64,000 nt of DNA from an archaeon (GTDB lineage: Archaea; Asgardarchaeota; Thorarchaeia; Thorarchaeales; Thorarchaeaceae): the NCBI GenBank assembly GCA_024276825.1, contig JAJRWI010000033.1:90614-154613 (forward strand), written 5' to 3'. Position 1 is the first letter of the stretch. Every line of letters begins with the position of its first letter. The translations under genes were made by a program, and so were the position numbers. Below the pieces are notes generated by a model. That model had not been told where the DNA came from. It saw nothing but the letters and a program-made list of their open reading frames with translations, and ran no database searches. Positions 20,219-29,970 of the stretch are shown here, piece after piece.

Positions 20219-21420
20219 TTACCGCTTGAACCTCATGAATGGCTGTTTCAACCACTTGAAGAACAACCTCAATGACCTCACTCTGATCTCACATTCAATG
20301 TCATAGTCCTCGAATGTGTATTCTGCATCTCTGACAATTTGACTGGTCAAATCATCATGCTGCCAGTACTGATAATTATCGATGATCAAGTTGACAAGTT
20401 CTTCAACCATATCTGTTCTCTTCTGAAGCAGAAGTTTGAAACCTCTATTGAATTCCCTATAGTCATGCGATTTCTCATCCTGAAACATGCCCCTAATGAT
20501 GTCCATATTATCCCAGAAATGTATCAACAGATTCATTCCTGCGATTCTTTCGTTTATTCACGTTAAATCAAGAATCTTATCAATGACTGAGATGCCCTGC
20601 ATGGGATTACAAATGCATGCAGTACTTATTATCTCTCTACTACCCATTCGAAACAGAAAGAGGTCATCAAGAAGAAGATGCCTTACTTGGTTGATGAATC
20701 GCTCAATGTCATTCACTCCTCCCACCGATTAATATCTGAGTGCGAGAATCGCCAGCCATTTTTGTTCTAAAATCTCTGACTTTAAGAGTGTAGAAATTTG
20801 TGCCAGCAATGCACTCTCCTCATCGCGTCCGAGTTTCATAGCACTGATACAAGCATTAGTCCTCTTAGTAGCATCCTCCATCTGCTGAACAAGACCCACC
20901 TCATCATCCAAGGAATCACTATCCAGAGTGACTCTCTCCATGATGGTTTCGACTGATTCTGGCTTTATCACATTATCAGTGTCAATATCAGATATCTCAA
21001 CCTTACCTTTTACTCTCCTTGGCAGTGGGAGAAATCACTTGTGATGAAGTTGCTCATCCCTTAGAAACTTAAACACGTTGATATAATCCCCAATCACCTG
21101 TGTTGATTTTGGAACAAACAATTGCTCATTTACTTCAAGAATGGCTTTATGAATTCTTTCAACATCAGAGGATGGATGAATCCAACTCATATTAAGAGAA
21201 TTTTCCATTCCCCCATAATAATGAAAATATCTATGGTGAGCCGCCTGACAGAGGTCAATTGGGTTTGCATCCCAATTTGCGTCGAATGTCAGGCCAATGA
21301 CAGACCTGTGGTTAAGACACAATATCTCGACAATTGTCATCGGAATCGTTTTGAATTCTGAGAATATTAATCATTTGAAAAGAGGTATGCCAATCAATCC
21401 TCATAAACTACGAATTTTCG
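20219..21420 (-). pseudogene. Decayed gene of unknown family: one reading frame broken by nonsense codons
   Basis: ORFs 21035-21340, 20729-20971 and 20219-20536 share one frame, joined by open stretches; stops at 21401 TGA, 21371 TGA, 21035 TGA, 20729 TAA, 20558 TGA. Confidence 0.7.
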
Positions 21421-21779
21421 ACGATAGAGAGCGCGATACAGACGTTTACTCCTATTCAGCGGGTATGAGTTTATATTACAGGAACATTATTCCCCATTTA
21501 TGAAGGCGACTCGGCAGTTTACTAGAATCTATCTCTCACGAATAAAGTCACGTTCAAGAGAGTATTTTGAGGAGGCAGAGGACGGGGCAACTTTCAACTC
21601 TGAAACTAAATCTTCAACCACATCTGATTGAAGCCTCTCTCCTTTATGAACTCTTTTGAAACATCATAAAGGATATTTTTCTCATTGTAGCTTTTTCATC
21701 TCTCTTTATCACTGCATTTCAGTTCTCTTTGTAATGGTCATTATAAATGCAAAATGAGATGATTTCTTCAGGTGATAAC

Positions 21780-23042
21780 ATGAAACGAAAAGACTTGCTT
21801 ATCAAGATGCTCGCAATATCAATGATGTTCTTGTTGATCTCATCTATTGCATCAGTCAGTGCTCAAGGGGATGACGATGATGACGATGATGATAATGAGC
21901 CCGAACATAATGATAGCGAGGAGCATGAGCCTGACTATGAACGAGATGAAGATGGCACTGTTTGGATTCAGACCGATATAATGACAGTGAAACTAGACTC
22001 GGAATATCCTAAATATCAGTTCTGGTACACTCCTGATGAGAATGGCAGTATCACGAAGTTTCAGGTCAAATACACAATGTTGGTTGAATTTGAAGATAGC
22101 AACGGTGATGGTGTATATCAGTTCAATGAAACAATAGCCTTTGTACCATTGACAATTTTTGACTGGACATTACAAGTCGGTTCCATAACTGATGATCAGG
22201 GTCAAAACACAGAGGTTTACGCGTCTTATACAAAAGGCGCACTCCTTGATGAATGGGATGATGACTGGTTTGATGAGTGGCTTCCAGACTCATTTAATGA
22301 CATGGGTCTAGATCTCGCTGATGGTGATGACGATGATGACAACTCCACTGATGATGATCATCACGATACACAGGCCCTTAACTTCACTCAATATGAATCA
22401 ATGACTGTTCAGTTTTATGGACACATCTATCTCACTGATTACAATGGCACAGTCAGTGATGAGGAGGGCGTCCAAGCCAACTATACAATTGATGGCGGAA
22501 TGGAGTTTAAGATTGACATAGAGATTGGCAACTTCCCATTTCTTTCTAACACATCCAAAATTGCAATTCTAAACAGTCTTGATGAGGACTTGTCTGAAGA
22601 AGATCACAAGATTAGACTTCATGAGAGCGATGAAGATGAAGAGCATGACTCGGATGAGGAATGGGATGATGACCTCGGAGTGGAATTTGACGAGTCAGAT
22701 GACGATGAAATAGAAGAGTTGTCATTTGTGGACAGCTCAAATAATGTCACTCGAGGTTTCTACAGGTGGCTTGACAAAGCAGTCATGACTCTCCCTAACA
22801 ACAGCCAAATTGTAGTTGATGTTGCTGCTTCCTACTGGGTCGATGACTCCGAACTATACCTCTTCCTTGCATATCCGAACTTTGATGGAGGTTCTCTGAT
22901 TCATGATCCATCAGTGAAACTACTGGAGTCAGCCATTCCGGAAGTTGCACAATCGTGGTCTCCTACACTCTCGAATGGAGTGCTTATCGCATCGGGAATT
23001 ATTGCTCTTGCAGCAATTGTCGTTGTGTTAAAACGGAGATAA
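21780..23042 (+). CDS. Secreted Asp/Glu/His-rich cell-surface protein with C-terminal TM anchor
   Basis: Signal peptide, poly-Asp tracts, DSNGDG Ca-loop motif, many N-x-S/T sequons, TM plus KRR tail. Confidence 0.85.
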   Translation: MKRKDLLIKMLAISMMFLLISSIASVSAQGDDDDDDDDNEPEHNDSEEHEPDYERDEDGTVWIQTDIMTVKLDSEYPKYQFWYTPDENGSITKFQVKYTMLVEFEDSNGDGVYQFNETIAFVPLTIFDWTLQVGSITDDQGQNTEVYASYTKGALLDEWDDDWFDEWLPDSFNDMGLDLADGDDDDDNSTDDDHHDTQALNFTQYESMTVQFYGHIYLTDYNGTVSDEEGVQANYTIDGGMEFKIDIEIGNFPFLSNTSKIAILNSLDEDLSEEDHKIRLHESDEDEEHDSDEEWDDDLGVEFDESDDDEIEELSFVDSSNNVTRGFYRWLDKAVMTLPNNSQIVVDVAASYWVDDSELYLFLAYPNFDGGSLIHDPSVKLLESAIPEVAQSWSPTLSNGVLIASGIIALAAIVVVLKRR

Positions 23043-23049
23043 TTCTCCC

Positions 23050-23081
23050 GCAGGGGCAGCTATGCCCCTGCATCCCTTTTT
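23050..23081 (+). terminator. Hairpin plus T-tract
   Basis: GCAGGGGCA-gcta-TGCCCCTGC perfect 9-bp stem, then ATCCCTTTTT. Confidence 0.7.
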
Positions 23082-23136
23082 CTACTACCACATATGAATT
23101 GTTTTAAACCAAGAATATGAAAAAGATAAGAACAAA

Positions 23137-24135
23137 GTGAGAAGTATGGAGCCCAAATACATTCTACTGCTAAGCTTGATTGCTCTCCTCATATCTGCTG
23201 GACCCCCATATGACATTATAGCCCAAGACACAGATGACATTGTGTTTGAAGACACCAAGATCCAACTGGTCCTTCATGTTAACGGCACTACCATCATCAA
23301 TTTCAAGACTCTAGTAAAGAACTCGGGATTGCAGCCCATCTCCACACTCACAATAAGGGTCGATGTAAGATCACTAATAATGATCAATGCCGCCTTTAAT
23401 GACAAGCCTGTTGAAGCTTCAATTGTCAATGCTGACAGATATTCAATGATCAGTATTACCTTGTCTGAAATTCTTGCATCAAATGAAACTGGTTCTCTTG
23501 AGATAGATCTATCTACAAGAGATATTCAGGAAGAATACAGCCTAGACTATGAGCGCTCCTTATCACTTCAACATATCATCTTCTACATTCGCCCAACGCA
23601 TCTGATTCAACATCTATCAGTTTCTATTGCATTACCTCCTCATGCAGTTCTTGACACTCAGAGTTCATCGTTAATATATCCTACTCCTTCCCAAAACCAC
23701 ACTGACGGCACTCGAATGGTATTTACTTGGGACTCTGGGCCGATATTTCCCGGTCAAGAGTCTGTGTTCATTGTGAAATTTGGTCTACCAATAACAAATC
23801 TCGATGCAAACACTAGCACTAACTCGTTAATCTTGCCTCTTAGCATCACTTTCATACTTGGAGCTCTCTCATTCATAATTACACAAAGGCTCCACCAGTT
23901 CATCAAATCTCTGAAGATGAAACCAATACACAGTCTTCCACTCAGCAAGCAGGATAAGATGGTACTTGAATTCATAATCAAGAAGGGAGGTTCTTGTTCA
24001 CAACGAGTGATTTACGAAGAACTGGACATGTCGCAATCGATGACAAGCATGATTCTCTCGAGCCTAGAAGAACGTGGCCTTATCAGACGGCTTAGAGAAG
24101 GGCGAATGAATATGGTCCATATCATTGAAGAATAA
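23137..24135 (+). CDS. Membrane-anchored transcriptional regulator (extracellular beta domain-TM-wHTH; COG2512-like)
   Basis: Signal peptide, beta-rich domain, TM, C-terminal GG.CSQ..I...L.MS....S.IL..LEERGLIRR.REGR. Confidence 0.82.
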   Translation: MRSMEPKYILLLSLIALLISAGPPYDIIAQDTDDIVFEDTKIQLVLHVNGTTIINFKTLVKNSGLQPISTLTIRVDVRSLIMINAAFNDKPVEASIVNADRYSMISITLSEILASNETGSLEIDLSTRDIQEEYSLDYERSLSLQHIIFYIRPTHLIQHLSVSIALPPHAVLDTQSSSLIYPTPSQNHTDGTRMVFTWDSGPIFPGQESVFIVKFGLPITNLDANTSTNSLILPLSITFILGALSFIITQRLHQFIKSLKMKPIHSLPLSKQDKMVLEFIIKKGGSCSQRVIYEELDMSQSMTSMILSSLEERGLIRRLREGRMNMVHIIEE

Positions 24136-24145
24136 ACCCAGATAA

Positions 24146-25060
24146 CTATGTCTTCAGGCCAAGCCGTTCCCAGTTGGGTTCGCTCTTCCTCTGCATGTAC
24201 TGCAGATGTGTTGACAGTCCGAACTCCTCAGGCTCATGACCAAAAGCAAGTGCAAGTAACTCCACAACATGCAATATATCAAACTGGTAATCCAGATCAA
24301 AATGCTTCTTTATCTCTACCTGTCCAAGGTCCAGTTGTAACTCACAGAATGGGCATGGTGTCACAATAATATCTGCGCCACCTGCCTCCAATAGACTATT
24401 GAACTTCTGTTTTGTGAAGTCCAACGCGACCTTTACATCTGCAGTCCTCACAGCGCCTCCTGCACCACAGCAGATGAGTTCATCCTTATATGGAACATAT
24501 GTTGCACCTGAAGTCTCGCATAACTCTCTGAAAATGTGAGGTCTCTCAGAATTGTCCTTCTGCTTTAAAGCCGCTGGACGCATCCAGTGGCAGCCTGGGT
24601 GCAATGCCATTCTTACGCCGGTCAGTGGTCGTGTGACATGCTTACGAATCTTCTCAAGACCCGCAATTGAATAGAGGGCGTCAACATAATGAGTGACCTC
24701 TATACTCCCCTTGAACTCACGATTGATCTCAGCAAGATTATCATTAACAGTCTTCATCAATTCCTCATCATGCTTCAACTCGTGATTGGCATCCCAGAGA
24801 CTTGCAAAGCAACCGTTGCATCCAGTGGTAATCGGGTGCCCTCCTGCTTCTGCGATTGTCAGGTTTCTAGCGGCAATTGTTGCCCATGTGACCCTGTCAA
24901 AAGAACCAAACACTCCTGGTGCGGGACAGCAACTTGCACCCTCCATGTCAAGAAGTTCTAAACCAAGATCTTCAAACACAATACGAGCGGCCTTCTCAAT
25001 GCTAGGATATCTATGTGGAATGATGCAACCAAGAAAATGGTAGAACTTGTGCTTTGCCAT
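24146..25060 (-). CDS. hdrB: HdrB (copy 2, methanogen-type CCPAPG)
   Basis: FLGCIIPHRYP, SCCPAPG, CNGC, HPGCH, CCGAGG, CPFC. Confidence 0.95.
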   Translation of the reverse strand: MAKHKFYHFLGCIIPHRYPSIEKAARIVFEDLGLELLDMEGASCCPAPGVFGSFDRVTWATIAARNLTIAEAGGHPITTGCNGCFASLWDANHELKHDEELMKTVNDNLAEINREFKGSIEVTHYVDALYSIAGLEKIRKHVTRPLTGVRMALHPGCHWMRPAALKQKDNSERPHIFRELCETSGATYVPYKDELICCGAGGAVRTADVKVALDFTKQKFNSLLEAGGADIIVTPCPFCELQLDLGQVEIKKHFDLDYQFDILHVVELLALAFGHEPEEFGLSTHLQYMQRKSEPNWERLGLKT

Positions 25061-25062
25061 AT

Positions 25063-25605
25063 CTATTCCTCCTTTGGTGCGATGAGCTTGTCGAAGCCGC
25101 TCTTCTTGGCCAACTTCCTTATCTCCTCAATTGTCTCATGATATCTGCTTGCATTTGGTGGTACTGGCTCAAGACCGACTTTTTCTCTAAGTTTCTGCCA
25201 TGACTCTTTATCAAGTGGTACTGCATGACCGGCTTCAAGGACTTTCAGTGCTACACTCTGGTGTGGCTTTAACATATGGCCCTCTGCAACAGCAATGTTT
25301 CTGATGGCCTTGATAACATCCGTAGGCTTGACATCCTGTGGACATCTGTCAGTGCAGGTATAACAAGTAGTACAGTACCAGAGTTCTGGGGCTGATATAC
25401 ACTCTTCCTTCAGACCAAGTAATGCCTTTCGAATGATGAGTCTGACAAGATAGTTGGTTCTGGCACCAGCAGGACAACTCCCGCTACAGGTCCCACACTG
25501 ATAACACGATTGAATATTGGGACCACCAACACGTTTTATCATCTCCACAAATTCCCTGTCTGTGGAGTCTATATCTATTGTAGACCTGTCTTCTGCACTT
25601 GCCAC
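25063..25605 (-). CDS. hdrC: HdrC (copy 2)
   Basis: CYQCGTCSGSCP, LWYCTTCYTCTDRCP, GHAVP; likely GTG start at 25605. Confidence 0.93.
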   Translation of the reverse strand: MASAEDRSTIDIDSTDREFVEMIKRVGGPNIQSCYQCGTCSGSCPAGARTNYLVRLIIRKALLGLKEECISAPELWYCTTCYTCTDRCPQDVKPTDVIKAIRNIAVAEGHMLKPHQSVALKVLEAGHAVPLDKESWQKLREKVGLEPVPPNASRYHETIEEIRKLAKKSGFDKLIAPKEE

Positions 25606-25643
25606 GATGTCCACCGACTGTGGATTGCACACAGAATTTCAGC

Positions 25644-25670
25644 CTTAAATTCATTGCCAATTGGCACAAT
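25644..25670 (-). promoter_or_regulatory. hdrC2 promoter: ATTGTGCCA-N10-AATTTAAG, overlapping palindrome TGCCAATTGGCA
   Basis: 8/9 match to the ATGGTGCCA box with similar spacing; 12-bp palindrome at 25655-25666. Confidence 0.5.
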
Positions 25671-25701
25671 ATTCATCAGAACAAATTACCCTAATTATTC
25701 A

Positions 25702-26772
25702 ATGAGATGTGCATTTCATCCCAACCGCCTTACATCGCGAGCAATTGGTGTATGCTCTGAATGCCTGAGTTCCAATCCGTCCAGCATGAATCAATCTCTT
25801 GAAACTCACAGGCGACTGAGAGCACGACTGGGCCTTGTTGAAACTATACATGGTCATGGACAGATTGTATGCTCCGAATGCGGAAACCATTGCAGACTCA
25901 ATAATGGTGATGTTGGCTTCTGTAATCTGCGAATCGCTAAGAATGGCATAATTGAGGAACGCTTCAAGGAAAAGGCAATAGTTTCATATTACTATGATCC
26001 GCTGCCTACAAACTGTGTGGCTGACTGGGTGTGTCCATGTAAGACCGATGGACTACTTGATAGCAACCATCGTTTCAATAACTTGGCTGTGTTTTATGGT
26101 TCCTGTAATTCTGACTGTCTGTTTTGTCAGAATGCGAGTTATCGTGACATGATGGCTAAAGGGAGGTCTCTCATGACCCCTCATGCACTTGCAGAGGCTG
26201 CTAATGAAAGGACTGCCTGTGTCTGCTTCTTTGGTGGGGATCCATCCTGTAATGCTGCCCATTCGATTGCAGTGTCCGAGTTCCTCATTCACCATGGAAT
26301 AAAGGTCTGTTATGAAACCAATGGAATAATCTCACGAAAATGGTTAAAGATAATGGCAGATGTAGTCATCAGGAGTGGAGGCACATTCAAGATTGATCTG
26401 AAGGCTTATTCTTCAAACATATACAAGGCATTGACAGGAGTTTCAAATACTGTTGTCTTGAATAATTTTCGAAGACTTGCAAAGATTGGTAGGGGACTGA
26501 ATCATACATTTCTGGTGGCAAGCATTCTACTAATACCCGAGTATGTGTCTGTTGATGAGGTGCAGCGTCTCTGTGAGTTCATTGCATACTGCGACCCTAC
26601 AATTCCAACTGCACTACTCGGTTTTGCTCCTCATCTTGCCATGTCCGATTTACCACGGACTAGTCGTGCACATGCATTCAGAGCCAAGGAGGTTGCTGAA
26701 GAGGCTGGACTTGAAAATGTGCGTATTGGCAACCTTGCTCTTCTGTCGAAGGCGGACTATGTGTTTGAATAG
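25702..26772 (+). CDS. Radical SAM enzyme (PflA/AmmeMemoRadiSam-like, COG1180)
   Basis: CNSDCLFCQN, FFGGDP, ETNG, IDLKA; Cys-rich N-terminus; likely start ATG 25702. Confidence 0.88.
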   Translation: MRCAFHPNRLTSRAIGVCSECLSSNPSSMNQSLETHRRLRARLGLVETIHGHGQIVCSECGNHCRLNNGDVGFCNLRIAKNGIIEERFKEKAIVSYYYDPLPTNCVADWVCPCKTDGLLDSNHRFNNLAVFYGSCNSDCLFCQNASYRDMMAKGRSLMTPHALAEAANERTACVCFFGGDPSCNAAHSIAVSEFLIHHGIKVCYETNGIISRKWLKIMADVVIRSGGTFKIDLKAYSSNIYKALTGVSNTVVLNNFRRLAKIGRGLNHTFLVASILLIPEYVSVDEVQRLCEFIAYCDPTIPTALLGFAPHLAMSDLPRTSRAHAFRAKEVAEEAGLENVRIGNLALLSKADYVFE

Positions 26773-26856
26773 AAACAAATTAATTCAAACCACTCATGCT
26801 ACATCCACCAGTCTTATATTTGAATCTAAGTGGCAACCAGTCATAGAGGTCTTTTG

Positions 26857-27408
26857 ATGAGCGACCCGATAATCCGTGAAATAATAGACTCTGAGGAAAT
26901 AGACCCCGAGTTTGTAGACCTGCTGGTTGAGGCTGGAGCTGATCGCATACGGACATGCATTCAATGTGGTACATGTTCAAGTGTCTGCCCAAGTGGCAGG
27001 CGCACTGCGTTCAGAACAAGGGAGCTTATGCGAAAGGCCATTCTGGGGCTGAAGGACGAGGTATTGTCTAGTCCTGATCTCTGGCTCTGTGCCACATGTC
27101 TGACCTGTCTTGAGAGGTGTCCTAGACAGATCAAGACTACAGATGCAATTATCATTTTAAGAAACATTGCTGTTGCACAGGGCTATATGCTTCCACAACA
27201 TCGAAAGGCATCGATGAAGCTACTTGAAACAGGACATGCAGTTCCGATTGATGAGGCAAATATGAAGAAGCGGAAAGACTTGGGCCTAAAGGAAATACCG
27301 CCCACAGTACACTCGCATAAGAAGTCACTCAAAGAAGTTCAGAAGATAATGAAAAAGACAGGCTTCAAGGCTCTCATTGAGGGTACAAGTAAGGGGGCTC
27401 AACAATGA
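26857..27408 (+). CDS. hdrC: HdrC (copy 3)
   Basis: CIQCGTCSSVCPSGRRT, LWLCATCLTCLERCPR, TGHAVP, PPTVH. Confidence 0.95.
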   Translation: MSDPIIREIIDSEEIDPEFVDLLVEAGADRIRTCIQCGTCSSVCPSGRRTAFRTRELMRKAILGLKDEVLSSPDLWLCATCLTCLERCPRQIKTTDAIIILRNIAVAQGYMLPQHRKASMKLLETGHAVPIDEANMKKRKDLGLKEIPPTVHSHKKSLKEVQKIMKKTGFKALIEGTSKGAQQ

Positions 27409-28301
27409 CTGAAACGCAGCGATATTCCTTCTTCCTTGGGTGCGTGATGCCCAACCGTTTTCCAAACCTTGAGAAGTCCATTCGTGTTGTGCTTCCCAAA
27501 CTCGGGATTGAGTTGGAGGACTTGAAGGGGGCAAGCTGTTGTCCTGCACCTGGTGTCATCAGGTCGTTCAGTGAACCGACATGGCTTGCACTGGCCTCCC
27601 GAAATCTAGCGCTTGCTGAGAAGGCAGGTCTTGACATAGTCACTGGATGCAACGGGTGCTATGGGACATTCAAAGAGGCATTACATGTCGTCCATGAACA
27701 CCCTCAACGGCTCAAGGAAGTCCAACATATACTTGGCGACATTGGCCTTAATTACGAGGCAAAGACTGATGCCAAACATATAATTGAGATAATCTTTGAG
27801 ATTGGCCCTGAAAAGATCAAGGAGCTTGTTGTTCGACCACTGACTGGCCTGAAGATTGCAGTTCATTATGGATGCCATCTACTCAAGCCCAGTGTTCTTA
27901 GGCCATGGAAAAAGACACAACGTCCTACTTTTCTTGATGAACTTGTTGAGGCAACTGGAGCAACAAGCATACGCTATAAAGACAAGTTCTTGTGCTGTGG
28001 TGCTGGCGGTGGGGTGCGTGGGAGCAATGTACCAGTTTCAATCGATATTGCAAGGGAGAAGCTTGACAATGCCATTAATGCTCAGGCTGATGCAATACTC
28101 AATGTCTGTTCATTCTGTCATTTGCAATATGAAACCGCCCAAGTACAAATAAACAAAGAGATAGGTGAGATGAAATATAGGCTGCCAGTGATATACTACA
28201 CTCAACTACTTGGACTAGCGTTAGGACTTGAACCTGATGAACTCGGTCTAAACAAGCATCTCATTAGTGTTGACTCAGTATTGAACAAAGTGCTTGGCTA
28301 A
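27405..28301 (+). CDS. hdrB: HdrB (copy 3, methanogen-type)
   Basis: FFLGCVMPNRFP, SCCPAPG, HYGCH, CCGAGGGVR, CSFC. Confidence 0.95.
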   Translation: MTETQRYSFFLGCVMPNRFPNLEKSIRVVLPKLGIELEDLKGASCCPAPGVIRSFSEPTWLALASRNLALAEKAGLDIVTGCNGCYGTFKEALHVVHEHPQRLKEVQHILGDIGLNYEAKTDAKHIIEIIFEIGPEKIKELVVRPLTGLKIAVHYGCHLLKPSVLRPWKKTQRPTFLDELVEATGATSIRYKDKFLCCGAGGGVRGSNVPVSIDIAREKLDNAINAQADAILNVCSFCHLQYETAQVQINKEIGEMKYRLPVIYYTQLLGLALGLEPDELGLNKHLISVDSVLNKVLG

Positions 28302-28317
28302 TATACTGCAATCACCA

Positions 28318-29226
28318 TCACTTCTTTGCAATGTAATATACGAGGACTGCAAAGAATGCACTGATTATTATCGATGCTGAAATGAATAGTGCCGGACGGA
28401 CGTCTGTTGTTGCACCCGTTGTATTTGTCAGTGTCATTGTTGTTGTGGTTTCAGTTGTAGGCGTTGTTGGAATTATGTCACCGGCAGTGAACTCAGGAGA
28501 TTTGTCATAACTGGTATAGATGCCATCAGACACCCTGACCTCAATAATGTAATCATTTTTTCTAATGAATTCCGAGCAGTCCCACTCATACCACATCTCG
28601 GTCAGTCCGGCAGCTAACAGGTTGAAAGTATACCCTCCATCACTCGATAGCAGGACCTCAAAAGTGAGGGTTTCCTCAGTATTATTGTCCCATGCAAGCC
28701 ATGTTATGTTATTACGACCTGTCCACACATCATCAGATTTTGGAGTGATTATGGACACATGGGGTTTGAAAAAGTTCCCAAGGAACACATTCTCAAAAGT
28801 ATTGATAATGATGGATCCATTGGCCAGCCATGCTGTGACATTGATCAGGCAAGTACCATTATTGCCAAGACTTCGTGTGTCAATCTCGATAGTGGATGCA
28901 TTTGCCTCATTGAATATCACATTATTAATTGCGGTTAAATTCACTTCAATTCGTGTTCGATTGACAAGACCCTTTGGGTAAAAGGTTGCATTTAATGTGA
29001 TGTGGTCTCCCTCAATCTTTTGATTCGAATGGACTGGGACCTTGGTACTATTCCAGTTTGAATAGTATGTCAGATTAAGTTTAGGTGTGTCCGCTGATAT
29101 TGAATGGCCCCGATTAAGTGGGACTGATGATATCACGACCGTTGGCAATTGCGTTGAAGAATAGGGCTGCAGCATGATGACTACAAATAATGTCAATAAT
29201 AGGGCCTTCGGCAATTTTCTCAGCAT
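28318..29226 (-). CDS. Cell-surface protein (Ig/FN3-like domain, Thr-rich stalk, C-terminal TM)
   Basis: Signal peptide, NITW...D, SSDGGYTF, VRVSDG, Thr tract, TM plus KK. Confidence 0.75.
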   Translation of the reverse strand: MLRKLPKALLLTLFVVIMLQPYSSTQLPTVVISSVPLNRGHSISADTPKLNLTYYSNWNSTKVPVHSNQKIEGDHITLNATFYPKGLVNRTRIEVNLTAINNVIFNEANASTIEIDTRSLGNNGTCLINVTAWLANGSIIINTFENVFLGNFFKPHVSIITPKSDDVWTGRNNITWLAWDNNTEETLTFEVLLSSDGGYTFNLLAAGLTEMWYEWDCSEFIRKNDYIIEVRVSDGIYTSYDKSPEFTAGDIIPTTPTTETTTTMTLTNTTGATTDVRPALFISASIIISAFFAVLVYYIAKK

Positions 29227-29296
29227 TATTAGTACACCATGCATATTAGCAATACACGAGTCTTCTGAACAAGAGTTTTTAGTTCTATTCATAGAA

Positions 29297-29764
29297 CTAG
29301 TCCTCCTCTGGGAATGGCTGTTCACGCCATATTCTGAATGCCTCATACCACAGGACAATACAGACTGAAATCAACAGTGCAATCAACACAACAGAATACC
29401 AGTTCAGAAACATCCATAGCATTGTTGCAAAGGCCGCAGTCAGCGATGAATAGAATGTTGCATAGAACAGGAACCTTGGTACCATTAGTCGACCGCGTCC
29501 GATGAATAGTTTAAGAAGTCCTATCCGGACATCTCTCTTCACTGTGTATTGCCCGTGGATGTCCTTCTCGACAAGTCCAAATTGACGAAGCCTTTCCAAA
29601 TGATGCATTGAGAGTGAAGGGCTGGATAGATCTGTCCCTCTTTGAATCTCCCTTGCCGTCATGGGTTCTGGATGGCGCAGCATGAACCAATAGACATGGA
29701 GGGTCTTGCCCTTCAACTGTTTCGCCAGTTCATCCTCGGAAAGCTCATCACCTGACAATGACAT
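29297..29764 (-). CDS. ArsR-like HTH protein with two C-terminal TM helices
   Basis: LKGKTLHVYW, REIQR...SSPSLSMHHLERL..FGLVEKD; likely ATG 29764. Confidence 0.85.
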   Translation of the reverse strand: MSLSGDELSEDELAKQLKGKTLHVYWFMLRHPEPMTAREIQRGTDLSSPSLSMHHLERLRQFGLVEKDIHGQYTVKRDVRIGLLKLFIGRGRLMVPRFLFYATFYSSLTAAFATMLWMFLNWYSVVLIALLISVCIVLWYEAFRIWREQPFPEED

Positions 29765-29888
29765 TGGCTCCCTATTCACGCAATCGCTTGCATACTTGCA
29801 ATCATTTGTTCTTATAATGAATTCTGGTTGATTGATTTTATCCTTCAAGGCAAGGCTAAAATAGCATAGTATCTCGCCAATGTCCAGC

Positions 29889-29918
29889 CAACAATGTCAT
29901 ATAGTAGTGACATCGTTG
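29889..29918. promoter_or_regulatory. Inverted repeat CAACAATGTCA-N8-TGACATCGTTG
   Basis: 11-bp arms with one mismatch, between the divergent HTH gene and korD. Confidence 0.55.
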
Positions 29919-29970
29919 ACAACATTGTAATGACTGAGACATAATCTCAGACTCCACGGGGAACTCAGTT

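Noticed and set aside
20219-21420. TGA recoding or alternative genetic code
   Set aside because: The frame also contains TAA (and TAG/TAA further upstream), the TGAs have no Cys-like context, and neighbouring genes use TGA as stop
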